Assembly: GCA_041483895.1 (NCBI GenBank)
Contig: JBGPGO010000002.1
Span: 128,001 to 192,000, forward strand
Length of the DNA: 64,000 bases
Direction: 5' to 3'
DNA from: Fimbriimonadia bacterium
GTDB taxonomy: Bacteria > Armatimonadota > Fimbriimonadia > Fimbriimonadales > JABRVX01
This document shows, piece after piece, positions 28,807-38,546 of this stretch (position 1 is the stretch's first letter; every line of letters starts with the position of its first letter). A program made the position numbers and the translations under genes. The notes under the pieces are model-generated. The model did no database searches. It worked only from the letters and a program-made list of their open reading frames with translations, and was not told the origin of the DNA.

Positions 28807-29898
28807 ATGACAATGAAAGCATTGCTGAATACGCGAGACCACGCATCATGCGATTTTAGTCATCCGATCATTCGGTGGAAAGATCGCAACCCGCCGAGGA
28901 AGTCTCCCGCGCTACTGTTGCCAGATCGTTGCCTAACGGTCCCATTCCGGCATTTCGCTCTCATCCTCAGCATCGTTATCGTGGTGCTAGGCGGCTGCTC
29001 GACGGGAGGGAAGAATCCGGTAAGGGATCCGATTGTTTATTCGGGTACGGTGTACTTTGCTGCAGCGTCGCCGCCGAGGCAATTACGCTATACAATAGTT
29101 CCAACGGACGCCGGCGACATGTTATACGACTCGGTTCAGGCAATCAGTCAGTCGCTGTCGGGGAGGAAAGTGGCGCTATTGAGACGCTACAGCGTCACGG
29201 GCGCGGAAGGCAACAAATGGTTCTGCCAACTCATAGTGGTCGACATGCTAACTGGGGATCAAAGGATCGTTTCCACATTTACCGACGATGCACAGCATTC
29301 GAAGTACAGCAATGGGCTCGCGGTCGGGACACCGTATCCTACCGAACGTTATTCCGCCTGGATCGGAGAAGGGAAGGTATGTCTCGGCTTCGGTCGAACT
29401 GGGCTGCTCGCTGTGGATGTACAGAGCGGTCGGGCCGCCTCTATTGTGGTCGATTCTAAGGTTGTGGGCATATCCAGCATGAGATCCGGCATCCAAAGTG
29501 ATTCCCTTCCCGTGAGCGTTGACCGAAACGGTCATTTCGAGGTGGGTCTTGTGGACTTGACCAGCGGCCGTTTCCGCAAGATTGGCGTCGGAGACTCTAT
29601 CTGCTGCGATCCAGTCGGCAATCTTTGGTGGTGCGATGACAGGGGGGCGGTACACACATCCGACAAGCAGGGCCGACTGATACGCGACTGGCAAAATGCC
29701 CAATTCAACGACAACAAGGGCGCAAACGAAGTTTGGTGGTCTCCGAAATGGAGGACGGCGATACTCGGTTTTTCAAGACCTGGTCGGTCGGCGAACGTAA
29801 GCGGTACCGTTCACTTTGGCAAATTAGACGAAGCAACCGGAAAGGTCGAATTGCTTGACGGTACGATCAACATCGGTGATGAGTTCGCACCAAGATAA
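28807..29898 (+). CDS. Putative lipoprotein, beta-propeller-like
   Basis: Lipobox-like VVLGGC; beta-rich repeats (VVDMLTG, VDVQSG, VDLTSG); true start probably downstream. Confidence 0.55.
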   Translation: MTMKALLNTRDHASCDFSHPIIRWKDRNPPRKSPALLLPDRCLTVPFRHFALILSIVIVVLGGCSTGGKNPVRDPIVYSGTVYFAAASPPRQLRYTIVPTDAGDMLYDSVQAISQSLSGRKVALLRRYSVTGAEGNKWFCQLIVVDMLTGDQRIVSTFTDDAQHSKYSNGLAVGTPYPTERYSAWIGEGKVCLGFGRTGLLAVDVQSGRAASIVVDSKVVGISSMRSGIQSDSLPVSVDRNGHFEVGLVDLTSGRFRKIGVGDSICCDPVGNLWWCDDRGAVHTSDKQGRLIRDWQNAQFNDNKGANEVWWSPKWRTAILGFSRPGRSANVSGTVHFGKLDEATGKVELLDGTINIGDEFAPR

Positions 29899-30110
29899 CA
29901 ACCATCTGCGAGAGAATTCGAGTCGGCAAGTTGATGGTGCGTTTTGACTACGCCGACAGCGCGAACGCGTCCGTTGCGAGGGTGGATGGGTTCCTGGAGA
30001 TTTCTGCCGGCCACGGCATGGCGAAGCGAAAGGTCATGGTCGAGGTTCCTCGATACTGGTAGGAATGGTGGGTAAGGAGGGACTCGAATGTGATTGCTGA
30101 GCAAAAACAT

Positions 30111-30920
30111 ATGATGGCGACAAAATGGGCACTTTTCCGGCCGGTCATTGTTGGCCTCACTGCGGGCCTCGCTTCGTGTGGTGGCGACGGGGATTCGCGT
30201 GATATCGACGCGCCGAAACTACTAAGGGCTGTCGCCGCGGCATACGGTCAGTTGTCATCATTAAGTTGCGATCTAACATTGCAGTACAACCGCGTTTCTG
30301 GCAAGAAGAAAGAAACCGCTGCCGTTAGTTGTCAGTTATCATTGCTGCGAGTGCCCGCAAGCCGCTTGAAGAGCCTAGCCTCGAGAGACCCTAACGATCG
30401 CCTTTCGGATACATTCGTGGTTACTGCGACTTCCATCAAGGGTGGCTGGGCTGACAGCGTGCAGATCGAATTCGGCAGGCATGTTGACAAGACCGGGGCG
30501 ACAATTGATTACCCTGCAGCGTTTGTCCTGCAGGGTTTGGATCGACAACTTCAAAAGAAGTTTTCCTTTACGCTTACGGAAAGCGACTATTTTGAGCTGT
30601 GTTTTATGCATCTTTTGATGGCTCTGTCTAGGGAGCGTGATCCGTCTTTTTTCCCTGGTGGTCTGCTTGCATGGCCACCGGCGTATAGCAAGAAATGGAG
30701 TGCGACGAAGAACCGCTCAATGGTTGAGGTCGAGTGCCGCTTAGGCGGACCTTCCCCAAGTCCGATTGAGCAGTTTGTCATCACCGTTGATCCTCGAAGC
30801 GGTTTAGTCAACAGGCTAGCTGTGAAGCACATTTACGGTCGGGATCGGGATCGGGATCGGGATCGGGATCTGGAGACATATGAGTACATTATCCTCTTCA
30901 AGAATCAGAGGATACATTGA
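30111..30920 (+). CDS. Putative lipoprotein with (RD)5 tract
   Basis: Lipobox GLASC; (CGGGAT)x5 at 30840-30869. Confidence 0.6.
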   Translation: MMATKWALFRPVIVGLTAGLASCGGDGDSRDIDAPKLLRAVAAAYGQLSSLSCDLTLQYNRVSGKKKETAAVSCQLSLLRVPASRLKSLASRDPNDRLSDTFVVTATSIKGGWADSVQIEFGRHVDKTGATIDYPAAFVLQGLDRQLQKKFSFTLTESDYFELCFMHLLMALSRERDPSFFPGGLLAWPPAYSKKWSATKNRSMVEVECRLGGPSPSPIEQFVITVDPRSGLVNRLAVKHIYGRDRDRDRDRDLETYEYIILFKNQRIH

Positions 30921-31132
30921 TCACTGCCCATTGATGCAGCTTGTTGGATGCCCATCAGTTTCGCAAGTGACCGATTACGTTGAATATGCGAATTGCTTGG
31001 TTCCTAGAAGTTCTCGGCGATCCGGGGCTGGGCGGTGTTGGGGTTCAAAATGGTCCGTAACGGTCCAAAATCGATCGGACTTCATGCACCGCAATGTGTA
31101 TAAGTATGCACAAGCTGGTGTATACTCGGTTC

Positions 31133-31474
31133 ATGACACTCCCTACGCACTCAAAGCTCTTTGGCACCTCGAGTCGGACCCAGGTCTTGATGTTTCTCGC
31201 AGTCTTGGAAGAGAGTCATTTGCACGAATTGGCGCGGCTGATGCAAACGAGCCCGTTTTCCGTGATGCGAATCGTCGATAGATTGGAGATCGAAGGGGTC
31301 GTTGCCACACGGAAACTCGGAGTCGAGCGGCGGGTTCGTCTTAATCCGCGATATTTCGCAGTCACCGAATTACGGGATCTCCTTTTGAAACTCGTGCAAG
31401 GTGAGGCGAGTGTATTGGCAGCGGCTTCGGCAGTGCGGAGAAGACCGCGGAAGAAGGGGAAGGCAATCGCATGA
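31133..31474 (+). CDS. Winged-HTH protein (candidate antitoxin/regulator)
   Basis: KLFGTSSR..HLHELARL..SVMRIVDRLEIEGVV..LNPRY; TATACT 6 nt before ATG; ATGA coupling to next gene. Confidence 0.8.
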   Translation: MTLPTHSKLFGTSSRTQVLMFLAVLEESHLHELARLMQTSPFSVMRIVDRLEIEGVVATRKLGVERRVRLNPRYFAVTELRDLLLKLVQGEASVLAAASAVRRRPRKKGKAIA

Positions 31475-31991
31475 TCGATGCCGCCTCATCGTTGGTTGAT
31501 GTTGCTTTCCATGTCTGCACCCATCTGGCGAACAGAGGAATCACGGCTGTGCTTACAGGAGGAAGCGCGGCCACCTATTACGCGCCTGATGCCTACCAAT
31601 CGAAGGACATTGACTTCGTACTGGAATTCGCCTTGACCACAAAAGCCGTAGCGACAGCCATGGCGGACGCAGGATTCAGCCGAAGCGGCAGCGTGTATTC
31701 TTGTCCTGACACAATCTTGACCGTAGACCTTATTGAAGGACCTATCGCCGTCGGATCGGAAATAATTTCTGACTACGTTCGCGTTGAGGATAAACGAGGG
31801 GTTCTCCTCACCATCTCAGCGACCGATTCCGTACGCGATCGCCTTGCCGCTTTCATTCACTGGAATGATCGAAATTCGCTAGACCAGGCAGTGGCCGTTG
31901 CACGAAATAACAAGATTGATCTTGTGGTTGTCGAAGCATGGTGTCGTGCCGAGGGTGGCGCGCAGAAGTTTGAGGCGTTCAAGAGACTACT

Positions 31992-32076
<85 letters not shown>

Positions 32077-32092
32077 AATTCGTCAAATAAAA

Positions 32093-32168
32093 TGGTGCCT
32101 CAGGCCGGATTCGAACCGGCGACACCTTGATTTTCAGTCAAGTGCTCTACCAACTGAGCTACCGAGGC
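32093..32168 (-). tRNA. tRNA-Phe(GAA)
   Basis: GCCTCGGTAGCTCAGTTGGTAGAGC, CTTGA-CTGAAAA-TCAAG, GTTCGAA, CCA. Confidence 0.97.
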
Positions 32169-32184
32169 ACGCGTTGTAAAATGA

Positions 32185-32262
32185 TGGCGCGGATGACGGG
32201 ACTTGAACCCGCGACCTCCGGCTTGACAGGCCGGCGCTCTAACCAGTCTGAGCTACACCCGC
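32185..32262 (-). tRNA. tRNA-Asp(GTC)
   Basis: GCGGGTGTAGCTCAG, CCGGC-CTGTCAA-GCCGG, GTTCAAG, CCA. Confidence 0.97.
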
Positions 32263-32271
32263 ACGATATAA

Positions 32272-32347
32272 TGGTGGGCGAAACAGGACTCGAACCCGTG
32301 ACATCTTCCTTGTAAGGGAAGCGCTCTACCAACTGAGCTATTCGCCC
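32272..32347 (-). tRNA. tRNA-Val(TAC)
   Basis: GGGCGAATAGCTCAG, CTTCC-CTTACAA-GGAAG, GTTCGAG, CCA. Confidence 0.97.
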
Positions 32348-32365
32348 GCCCTCAGGGCAAGGGAA

Positions 32366-32395
32366 ATTATGGCCGAGCGGATTGTTCCATGTCAA
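32366..32395 (-). promoter_or_regulatory. Sigma-70 promoter of the tRNA operon
   Basis: TTGACA-18 nt-CATAAT on the minus strand, just upstream of tRNA-Val. Confidence 0.75.
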
Positions 32396-32461
32396 CGAAT
32401 GGGGGACCAACGGTTTATGCCGGGGTGGTCGGCATGCGGACCCGCAGCTACAGGGAATTCG

Positions 32462-32500
32462 CCCCCACCCCAACCCTCCCCCGCAAGCGGGGGAGGGGGT
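32462..32500. repeat. GC-rich REP-like hairpin / terminator
   Basis: CCCTCCCCCGC-AA-GCGGGGGAGGG stem-loop at the 3' end of the ECF operon. Confidence 0.6.
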
Positions 32501-33399
32501 TACAGTGATGGATCGGTTTGCGGGCGCATCCGGGAGGCCAGCCAGCCGCGTGAGGTCCCGAACCCGGTCTCCACGCTTGCCCCGAAGCCGCTCAATGCCA
32601 TACCAACCTCAAATAGGACGACGGCGAAGCCCAAAATCGGGATGCATTTCAGAACAGTCAGCGTCCCCGCGCCGGCAGCGCGACTCGCGATAGCCCCGGC
32701 ATAAGGGCGACCGAGGCGCCGCAGGACGCCGGAACCGAACTGCTCCAGGCCCGCGCCATACCCAAGCCAAAGCGCGCCAAGAGACGCCAACCCCGCCGCA
32801 ACGAACAGCGCGATCCCGATGGGCAGCCAAATTCCGGTGCGGCAGAGAAGCAGATTGACGATGGTGAGCAACCCCACAACCCCGGCAGACCCGAGGCCAA
32901 AGAGGGCCGTGCGCCAGGGCGCCTGTGCGACCGCCGACCGAGCCACCTCGGACCGCCTGCGCGCCAACACGTAGGTGATGGAAGAAAGAATAAAACTAAC
33001 AGCACCCCAGAGAGCCATGAGGCCAATCCAGCCGCGATAGTCGAACTGATCTTTGGGCGACTCCGCCATCAGCCGTGCATAGTCCTGTGGCGGGTTGGCC
33101 CCGACGGAAATCTTGCCGATGGGCGCGCCCACCAGATTGCTGACCTCGCCGCGCACAACAACCAAAGCCCCGGAAACCGATCCGCCCAAATCAAATCGCA
33201 CGGAACCATCGGTAATGAGAAGATCGCCGTTGACCGGCCCCTTCACCGTCACATTCTGCCCCGTCACTACGACCGGGCCGCTCACGGCATCCGGACCCAG
33301 CACCATGCCGCCCGGATTCCGCGCAACCTCGATGGACTGCCCATATCCAAGGCAGCAGGCCAAGACAGAAAGGAGAGCTATACCCTTGATCGGCCCCAC
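32500..33399 (-). CDS. Membrane protein with bactofilin/polymer-forming-like periplasmic repeat
   Basis: Signal, VSGPVVVTGQNVTVKGPVNGDLL..GGSVSGALVV repeat, then several TMs; third gene of ECF operon; GTG start inferred. Confidence 0.7.
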   Translation of the reverse strand: MGPIKGIALLSVLACCLGYGQSIEVARNPGGMVLGPDAVSGPVVVTGQNVTVKGPVNGDLLITDGSVRFDLGGSVSGALVVVRGEVSNLVGAPIGKISVGANPPQDYARLMAESPKDQFDYRGWIGLMALWGAVSFILSSITYVLARRRSEVARSAVAQAPWRTALFGLGSAGVVGLLTIVNLLLCRTGIWLPIGIALFVAAGLASLGALWLGYGAGLEQFGSGVLRRLGRPYAGAIASRAAGAGTLTVLKCIPILGFAVVLFEVGMALSGFGASVETGFGTSRGWLASRMRPQTDPSL

Positions 33400-33938
33400 G
33401 CTCCCGTCCTTCGATAGCGCTGAACCAGCCACGCGCCGCCGACCAGCAGCACCAAGACCATGCCGAACAGCGTCGCCTGCCAGTACTCGGCGAGCGTCGG
33501 CGGGAGAATGCCCTTGAACCTCCCAATCAATCCCTCTTGGCCGGAACCGGTGACGAACTCCAGCGCGGCGCGGTACCAACTGGTGGCCAGCATGGAAGAG
33601 TCCCGCCAAAATCCGGCAAACCCGCCCGGGAAGAAGAAGTAGACGAAGGCGGCGAAGAGCAATGGCAGACCCACGGATCCGGCCCATCCCAGGCGACGGG
33701 CGAGCGTCAGCCGGGCAGCCTCGCTGCGCACACCGACCTTGATCTCGTCCAACAACCCGACAGGCGGCTCCGGCTCGGGGAGTCCGTCCAGCCACGCCAC
33801 GAACGCCATCGCCTGGGAATACTCCGATGAACACTTCGGGCATTCGTGAAGGTGCTGTCTAAAATCCGTTGAGCTGTGGTCGTCTAGGGTTTTTTCTAAG
33901 GCCGGCTCCAGAAACTGGAGAGCCTCTTGACATGTCAT
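33378..33938 (-). CDS. Zinc-binding anti-sigma factor (zf-HC2)
   Basis: MTCQE..HLHECPKC (HxxxCxxC), TM helices; ATGA overlap with sigma gene. Confidence 0.88.
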   Translation of the reverse strand: MTCQEALQFLEPALEKTLDDHSSTDFRQHLHECPKCSSEYSQAMAFVAWLDGLPEPEPPVGLLDEIKVGVRSEAARLTLARRLGWAGSVGLPLLFAAFVYFFFPGGFAGFWRDSSMLATSWYRAALEFVTGSGQEGLIGRFKGILPPTLAEYWQATLFGMVLVLLVGGAWLVQRYRRTGAWGRSRV

Positions 33939-34537
33939 TTTGCTAATTCCTCCGCAGGAAATGGGTTGTTACTCAAACATGCAAGTTCCCGGCGCAAAAT
34001 CGAGCGCGCCCGGAAAAGCCAGCTCTTCACCGTGCCCTCGGGGGCATTCATTATTTGTGCAATCTCGTTTATATCCATATGATGGAAGTGCCGCAGCACC
34101 ACAATCTCTCTGTATTTGTCCGGAAGCTTTGCCACCGCCCGGTGGATCTGCCGGCTCTCATCGTTCATGATCGCCTGTTCTTCCGGTTGGGGACCGGTGT
34201 CCCCGAGCGAATACTCATGGTCATCGAGCGGGTCGGGGGCCTTGCTTCGGGCCCGGCCGAGGTCGATGGACACGTTCGCGCAAATCTTATAAAGCCAAGG
34301 CCTGAGCGGCTTTTCCGGATGAAACTCTTTCAGCGCCCGGTAGGCCTTGACAAACGCCTCTTGGACCGCATCCGAGGCGTCGTCCGAGTTGCCGAGCATC
34401 CGATAGGCCAGGGAATAAAGGGAGCGGTAATGGCGTTCGACGAGAACGTCAAAGGCTCCGGTGTCTCCCTGTGCGGCCTGCCGGATCAGGACAGTGTCGG
34501 ACGGACCGCCTTGTTCAGCTACCATTGGTGTCTCCAT
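33935..34537 (-). CDS. ECF sigma-70 factor (SigW-like)
   Basis: GDTGAFDVLVERH, DAVQEAFVKAY, PWLYKI, LPDKYRE, GTVKSWLFRAR. Confidence 0.92.
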   Translation of the reverse strand: METPMVAEQGGPSDTVLIRQAAQGDTGAFDVLVERHYRSLYSLAYRMLGNSDDASDAVQEAFVKAYRALKEFHPEKPLRPWLYKICANVSIDLGRARSKAPDPLDDHEYSLGDTGPQPEEQAIMNDESRQIHRAVAKLPDKYREIVVLRHFHHMDINEIAQIMNAPEGTVKSWLFRARSILRRELACLSNNPFPAEELAK

Positions 34538-34716
34538 AGTTACTTGGCGACCTTCGGATAGGTTGCACTTGCAGTCTAACAAGTTTTGCGGTTTTCGGCC
34601 AGTCTTTTGGTCCTTGCGGCCTATTGTTCCCGTTGTTACGATGCACACGGTCGGTTCCGACGTACTTGCCCGATGCCATACTGGGGCAGGTAGGCGCCGA
34701 ACGGAAGGAGCGAACG

Positions 34717-34980
34717 ATGGAACCGAATCAGAGTTCGATATCGGAACTGGCCGGCGAAATCCGAAGAGCCAACAATCTGTTCGAAAAGTTTGTTCATGAC
34801 CGCAGCGATTGGAAAATCCCATTGCGGAACGGCCTGCTTGCCGGATTGGGTGGGGCGATCGGCGCGACGATTCTGTTCTCACTCCTCGTGTGGCTGATCA
34901 AGCCTTTTGATCGGTGGGACATTCTCGGGCCGAGCGGCAAGCAGATAGCGCGTCCAACCGCGCAGGAAAAGGCAAAGTAG
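34717..34980 (+). CDS. Small membrane protein (DUF5665-like)
   Basis: AAGGAG RBS; GLLAGLGGAIGATIL TM motif. Confidence 0.6.
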   Translation: MEPNQSSISELAGEIRRANNLFEKFVHDRSDWKIPLRNGLLAGLGGAIGATILFSLLVWLIKPFDRWDILGPSGKQIARPTAQEKAK

Positions 34981-35003
34981 GCCTGTCCAGCAGCGGGGGA
35001 TTC

Positions 35004-35035
35004 GTCATTCTGAACGGAGTTGAAGAATCCCTTTC
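35004..35035. repeat. Half copy of the GTCATTC REP-like element
   Basis: GTCATTCTGAACGGAGTTGAAGAATCCCTTTC resembles 1896-1926. Confidence 0.65.
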
Positions 35036-35069
35036 TGAAGCCCGGTTGCGGAGCATCGATCGCCAACCA

Positions 35070-35549
35070 TTAATCTTGTTCGTACGCCTGCTTTAGTGTC
35101 GCTACGTCCAGCTTCTTCATTTCCATGACTGCCTTCATGACATTTTCGGATCTCACTGGATCGTACAGCATCTCGTCCAATACCGCCGGAACGATCTGCC
35201 ACGACAGGCCATATTTATCCGTGAGCCAACCGCACTGCACTTCCTCTCCGCCATCGGTGAGCTTCGCCCACAGTTCATCCAACTCTTGCTGATTTTCGAC
35301 TTTGACGAAGAGTGATATCGCCGGCGAAAATTTGAAGGGCGGGCCGCCGTTTAGGGCTATGAACGGTTGGCCTTCCAGCTCGAACTCAACGATCATGACC
35401 GATCCCTCGGGTCTTCCGGCGGCCTCCGACGCCGCGGGGCCATAACGGGCGATATGGCCGATTTTTGAATTTTTGAAGATGGAGGTGTAAAACCGCACGG
35501 CCTCCTCGGCCTGGCTGTCGAACGATAGGAATGTTGTGATTTTTTGCAT
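35070..35549 (-). CDS. VOC-family protein (PhnB / 3-demethylubiquinone methyltransferase-like)
   Basis: MQKITTFL, AEEAVRFY, ALNGGP, QCGWLTDKYGLSWQIVP. Confidence 0.93.
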   Translation of the reverse strand: MQKITTFLSFDSQAEEAVRFYTSIFKNSKIGHIARYGPAASEAAGRPEGSVMIVEFELEGQPFIALNGGPPFKFSPAISLFVKVENQQELDELWAKLTDGGEEVQCGWLTDKYGLSWQIVPAVLDEMLYDPVRSENVMKAVMEMKKLDVATLKQAYEQD

Positions 35550-35574
35550 GGGGCTATTGTATTCGACATCGGCC

Positions 35575-35665
35575 GTCATTCCGAAGCGAAGCGAGGAATC
35601 CCTATCAGAACGTTGTCTGTGTTCGGAGGCTCTTGAAAGAGATTCCTCGACAGGCTCGGAATGAC
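35575..35665. repeat. Full GTCATTC...GAATGAC REP-like inverted-repeat element
   Basis: GTCATTCCGAAGCGAAGCGAGGAATC ... GATTCCTCGACAGGCTCGGAATGAC, same family as 1896-2003. Confidence 0.75.
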
Positions 35666-35701
35666 GATCTTGGTGGATCGATAGGTCGGCGCCACTCCGA
35701 G

Positions 35702-35769
35702 CGGGCAAAGTGGACCTGCCGGACCTCAACATCGTCCTGATCAACTTCGCCCGGACGGGGCAGTAGGCG
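35702..35769 (+). pseudogene. Orphan 3' fragment of a dockerin-like-tailed gene
   Basis: 62 of 68 nt identical to 36800-36867; encodes GKVDLPDLNIVLINFARTGQ*. Confidence 0.75.
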
Positions 35770-35823
35770 TCAGACTAAAACGAGTGTTGTGGTATCATTC
35801 GTTGCGAGGAAAGGTGGATTGCA

Positions 35824-36864
35824 ATGCGATCATTCGTTCTATTATGTGGAGTTGGACTTGGTTCCAGTGTACTTGCCTCGTGGCAGTCAATTGACATCTC
35901 TGCGGCATATGACTTTCCTCTCTTATCCCTATATGCTAATCCGCCAATCGGAGACGTCATGCTTGGCGGAGTGCCGTTTCACATCGAAACCCAAATAGTG
36001 GCGAGCAATGCCGCAGGCCTGACATCTAGTCTTCCATCCGATTTTCTATTCAACGTCGGTCAAAGCGCAACCAAAATCCATTTGCTTCTCTCGGCGACAG
36101 ACACGCGTTCCGCCGGTGAATACATTGGCCAGATTTTGCTTAATTATGATTCGGGCAATCAATCGGCGGTCGCGCTTTATGTGGGTGGCAACATCCGCGA
36201 TTGGGTGGCCACCAGCAACGGAACGATCAACACTACGACCGCGCCCTACGTGGAAGAGGTGTATCGCGGCGATCCGGCACCCGGACATGGATGGTTCTTG
36301 GGAACCGCCGTTTACGACATGATGACACTCGACGTAGATCCTACGCGCGTCCTGTCGTCCGTCCGATTGAGCGATACCAATGGCTATCTCGGTTTCTTCA
36401 TCGTGGGCATCACGATTGAGCACAATCCTTTCGCGGTCGTCAACGGTACAGTCTTCCAGGAAAGTTGGCGGGGTGTTGTGGCGGGCCAAGTTGTACAGTT
36501 TGAAGCGGTGGACGACGGCGGGCAAGTGTTGGCTACGTCGAGCGCGACGCTCGCGGCGGATGAAAGTTTTTCTGCGACGTTTACGTACGAGGGGGCGTGC
36601 AGGGTTCGGGCTAAGGCGTCGCACTGGCTGAGCGACCTGTCCCCGGATGTGACTCTGAACTCTAGCGGTCCGACCACCATTTACTTCCAACTGCCGAATG
36701 GGGATGCCACTGGCGACAACTCTGTTGACCTGGACGATCTCAATCGGGTCTTCATCGAGTTCCTGTCTACCGACCCGTCGGATACCGACCTGAACGGCTC
36801 GGGCAAGGTGGACCTGCCGGACCTGAACATCGTCTTCCTCAACTTCGCCCGGACGGGGGAGTAG
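35824..36864 (+). CDS. Secreted protein with C-terminal beta-sandwich + dockerin-like tail
   Basis: Signal peptide; KASHWL; NGDATGDNSVDLDDL..DLNGSGKVDLPDL duplicated Ca-loop. Confidence 0.85.
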   Translation: MRSFVLLCGVGLGSSVLASWQSIDISAAYDFPLLSLYANPPIGDVMLGGVPFHIETQIVASNAAGLTSSLPSDFLFNVGQSATKIHLLLSATDTRSAGEYIGQILLNYDSGNQSAVALYVGGNIRDWVATSNGTINTTTAPYVEEVYRGDPAPGHGWFLGTAVYDMMTLDVDPTRVLSSVRLSDTNGYLGFFIVGITIEHNPFAVVNGTVFQESWRGVVAGQVVQFEAVDDGGQVLATSSATLAADESFSATFTYEGACRVRAKASHWLSDLSPDVTLNSSGPTTIYFQLPNGDATGDNSVDLDDLNRVFIEFLSTDPSDTDLNGSGKVDLPDLNIVFLNFARTGE

Positions 36865-36930
36865 GCGGGGGATTGGCTGGGTGGGAGAGCTGTTGAGTCT
36901 ATGTGGGACGCCCCGACGCATCGGGGGTGG

Positions 36931-37446
36931 TTAATTGAAGTGTGGCAGATTGAGGAATTCTTGCCACGGGCCGACCCGCTCGCGATACAGGGACGAAAAC
37001 GATTTGAAAATCTGGCCGAGATGATACAGGTCGTGGGCGACCCACGTGGCAATGATCTGGTCCACGGTGATACGGCCGAATTTGGGACTGGTTCCGGTTT
37101 TCGCGAGGTCGGATTCGGACAATTGCAAGCTTTCCAGTTCGCGCAGACGTTCTTCTCGCAGACTCCAAAATTCCGCGAGTAGATCTTCGACTTTACTCGC
37201 GTCCAAGTTGTCGTCTTGGTGGTCCGCATCGCCCTCCCTGTTGTCGCTTTGCTCCAGGATGATGCGGATGCGCTGGATCCAAAGATCGCGATCGCAACGG
37301 ATGATGTGGACGAGCGCCTCGCGGGGGCTGTCCACGTCGGGTTCGTGCTTTGCGTCCAGCCACGAATCGGGCCGTCCCAGCACGATTTCGCGCAAAATCG
37401 CCGGCGTTCGAGCGAGCGACTGCATCTCATCGGCGAGGAAGGTCAT
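36931..37446 (-). CDS. DinB family protein
   Basis: LARTPAIL, SPREALVH, WVAHDLYHLGQI, VGPW. Confidence 0.85.
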   Translation of the reverse strand: MTFLADEMQSLARTPAILREIVLGRPDSWLDAKHEPDVDSPREALVHIIRCDRDLWIQRIRIILEQSDNREGDADHQDDNLDASKVEDLLAEFWSLREERLRELESLQLSESDLAKTGTSPKFGRITVDQIIATWVAHDLYHLGQIFKSFSSLYRERVGPWQEFLNLPHFN

Positions 37447-37970
37447 GTCCGGCATGGTACCTCGGCGGCGTCCCTCGGCCCTTCGGGGTTGCCTGGTCAG
37501 GAGACCAAAAGAGACTTGCGACTCGGTCGGGAGACCGGTCGCATCTGGGTTTAACGCAAAATCCCCTCGCTTTGGACCACGGGGGGATTTTGAAATGGAC
37601 AACTCAAAATGAACGTCCGGCCGGTCGTTGCCGCCGGACGAGCTTATTATATCACGATCTCCGGCGATTGACGAGTCAAACTCACCCCTCAACGGCTCGG
37701 GGTAACCGTTCCCAGCCTCGTTTTCGGAATGATTGATTTTTTCTTTTTTGCGGACGAACCCCCACCTTGATTCTCCCCCTTTTTCGGCTTGGGTTTTTGG
37801 CGTTCGGAGGGTTGGCGCCACAGGCCGAAAAAGGGGGAGGGAAGAGGGCTCGCGGCGGAGGTGATTTCGCCGGCCGGGTCATCTGGCCCAAAGTTGCATG
37901 GTCAGGGGACCGGAAGACGCGGGGCGCCTGGGTGGGGACACCCCGGCGCATCGGAGTAGAATAACAATAT

Positions 37971-38534
37971 ATGAAACTGGCTAAGCTGCAAGAAACCAAG
38001 TCAACGATTCGCTTCAGTGCCAAGTTGTTTCGGCCTAAGGCAACCGAAGAGATTGGATCGTGGACCCTTGTAACTCTGCCCAAGAACGCGAGTGCGAAGC
38101 TTCCATCACGAGGGTTGACGATGGTTGAGGGAACTATCAATGCCTTCCCTTTTCGAGTCGCCCTCGAACCAAACGGCAAAGGAAGTCACTTGCTCAAGAT
38201 TAACAAAGCCACGCAGGATGGTGCAGGCGCGGACGCTGGGGACACGGTAACGGTGGAGATTACGCGGGCCGGAGAAGAACCGGAGACCAGGGTGCCAATG
38301 GAGCTACGCAAGGCCCTTGCCGCTGCCCCGCCGGCGCAGGCATTGTGGGCGGATATCACACCAATCGCGCGCCGGGACTGGGTTCTCTGGATAAGCACAG
38401 CCAAACAACCGGAAACGCGCATGCGTCGGATCGAGAAAGCGTGCGACATGCTCGCATCTGGAAAGCGACGAGTATGTTGTTTTGGCGGTATGAAGTGGCT
38501 TCTGAAAACTCACGCAACATCAGGCGGAAAGTAG
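37971..38534 (+). CDS. YdeI/OmpD-associated family protein (DUF1905 + OmdA)
   Basis: VEGTIN..LEPNGKGSH, VPMELRKAL, AKQPETRMRRI. Confidence 0.85.
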   Translation: MKLAKLQETKSTIRFSAKLFRPKATEEIGSWTLVTLPKNASAKLPSRGLTMVEGTINAFPFRVALEPNGKGSHLLKINKATQDGAGADAGDTVTVEITRAGEEPETRVPMELRKALAAAPPAQALWADITPIARRDWVLWISTAKQPETRMRRIEKACDMLASGKRRVCCFGGMKWLLKTHATSGGK

Positions 38535-38546
38535 CTTCAAACGGCG

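Noticed and set aside
29901..30062. Open frame ending ..VEVPRYW* just outside the att-like repeat
   Set aside because: Could be a gene remnant, but there is no recognisable motif or clear start
32159..32473. ORFs over the tRNA cluster
   Set aside because: They coincide with canonical tRNA genes
35702..36867. Diversity-generating retroelement TR/VR pair
   Set aside because: Only 2 of 6 mismatches involve adenine and no reverse transcriptase is present
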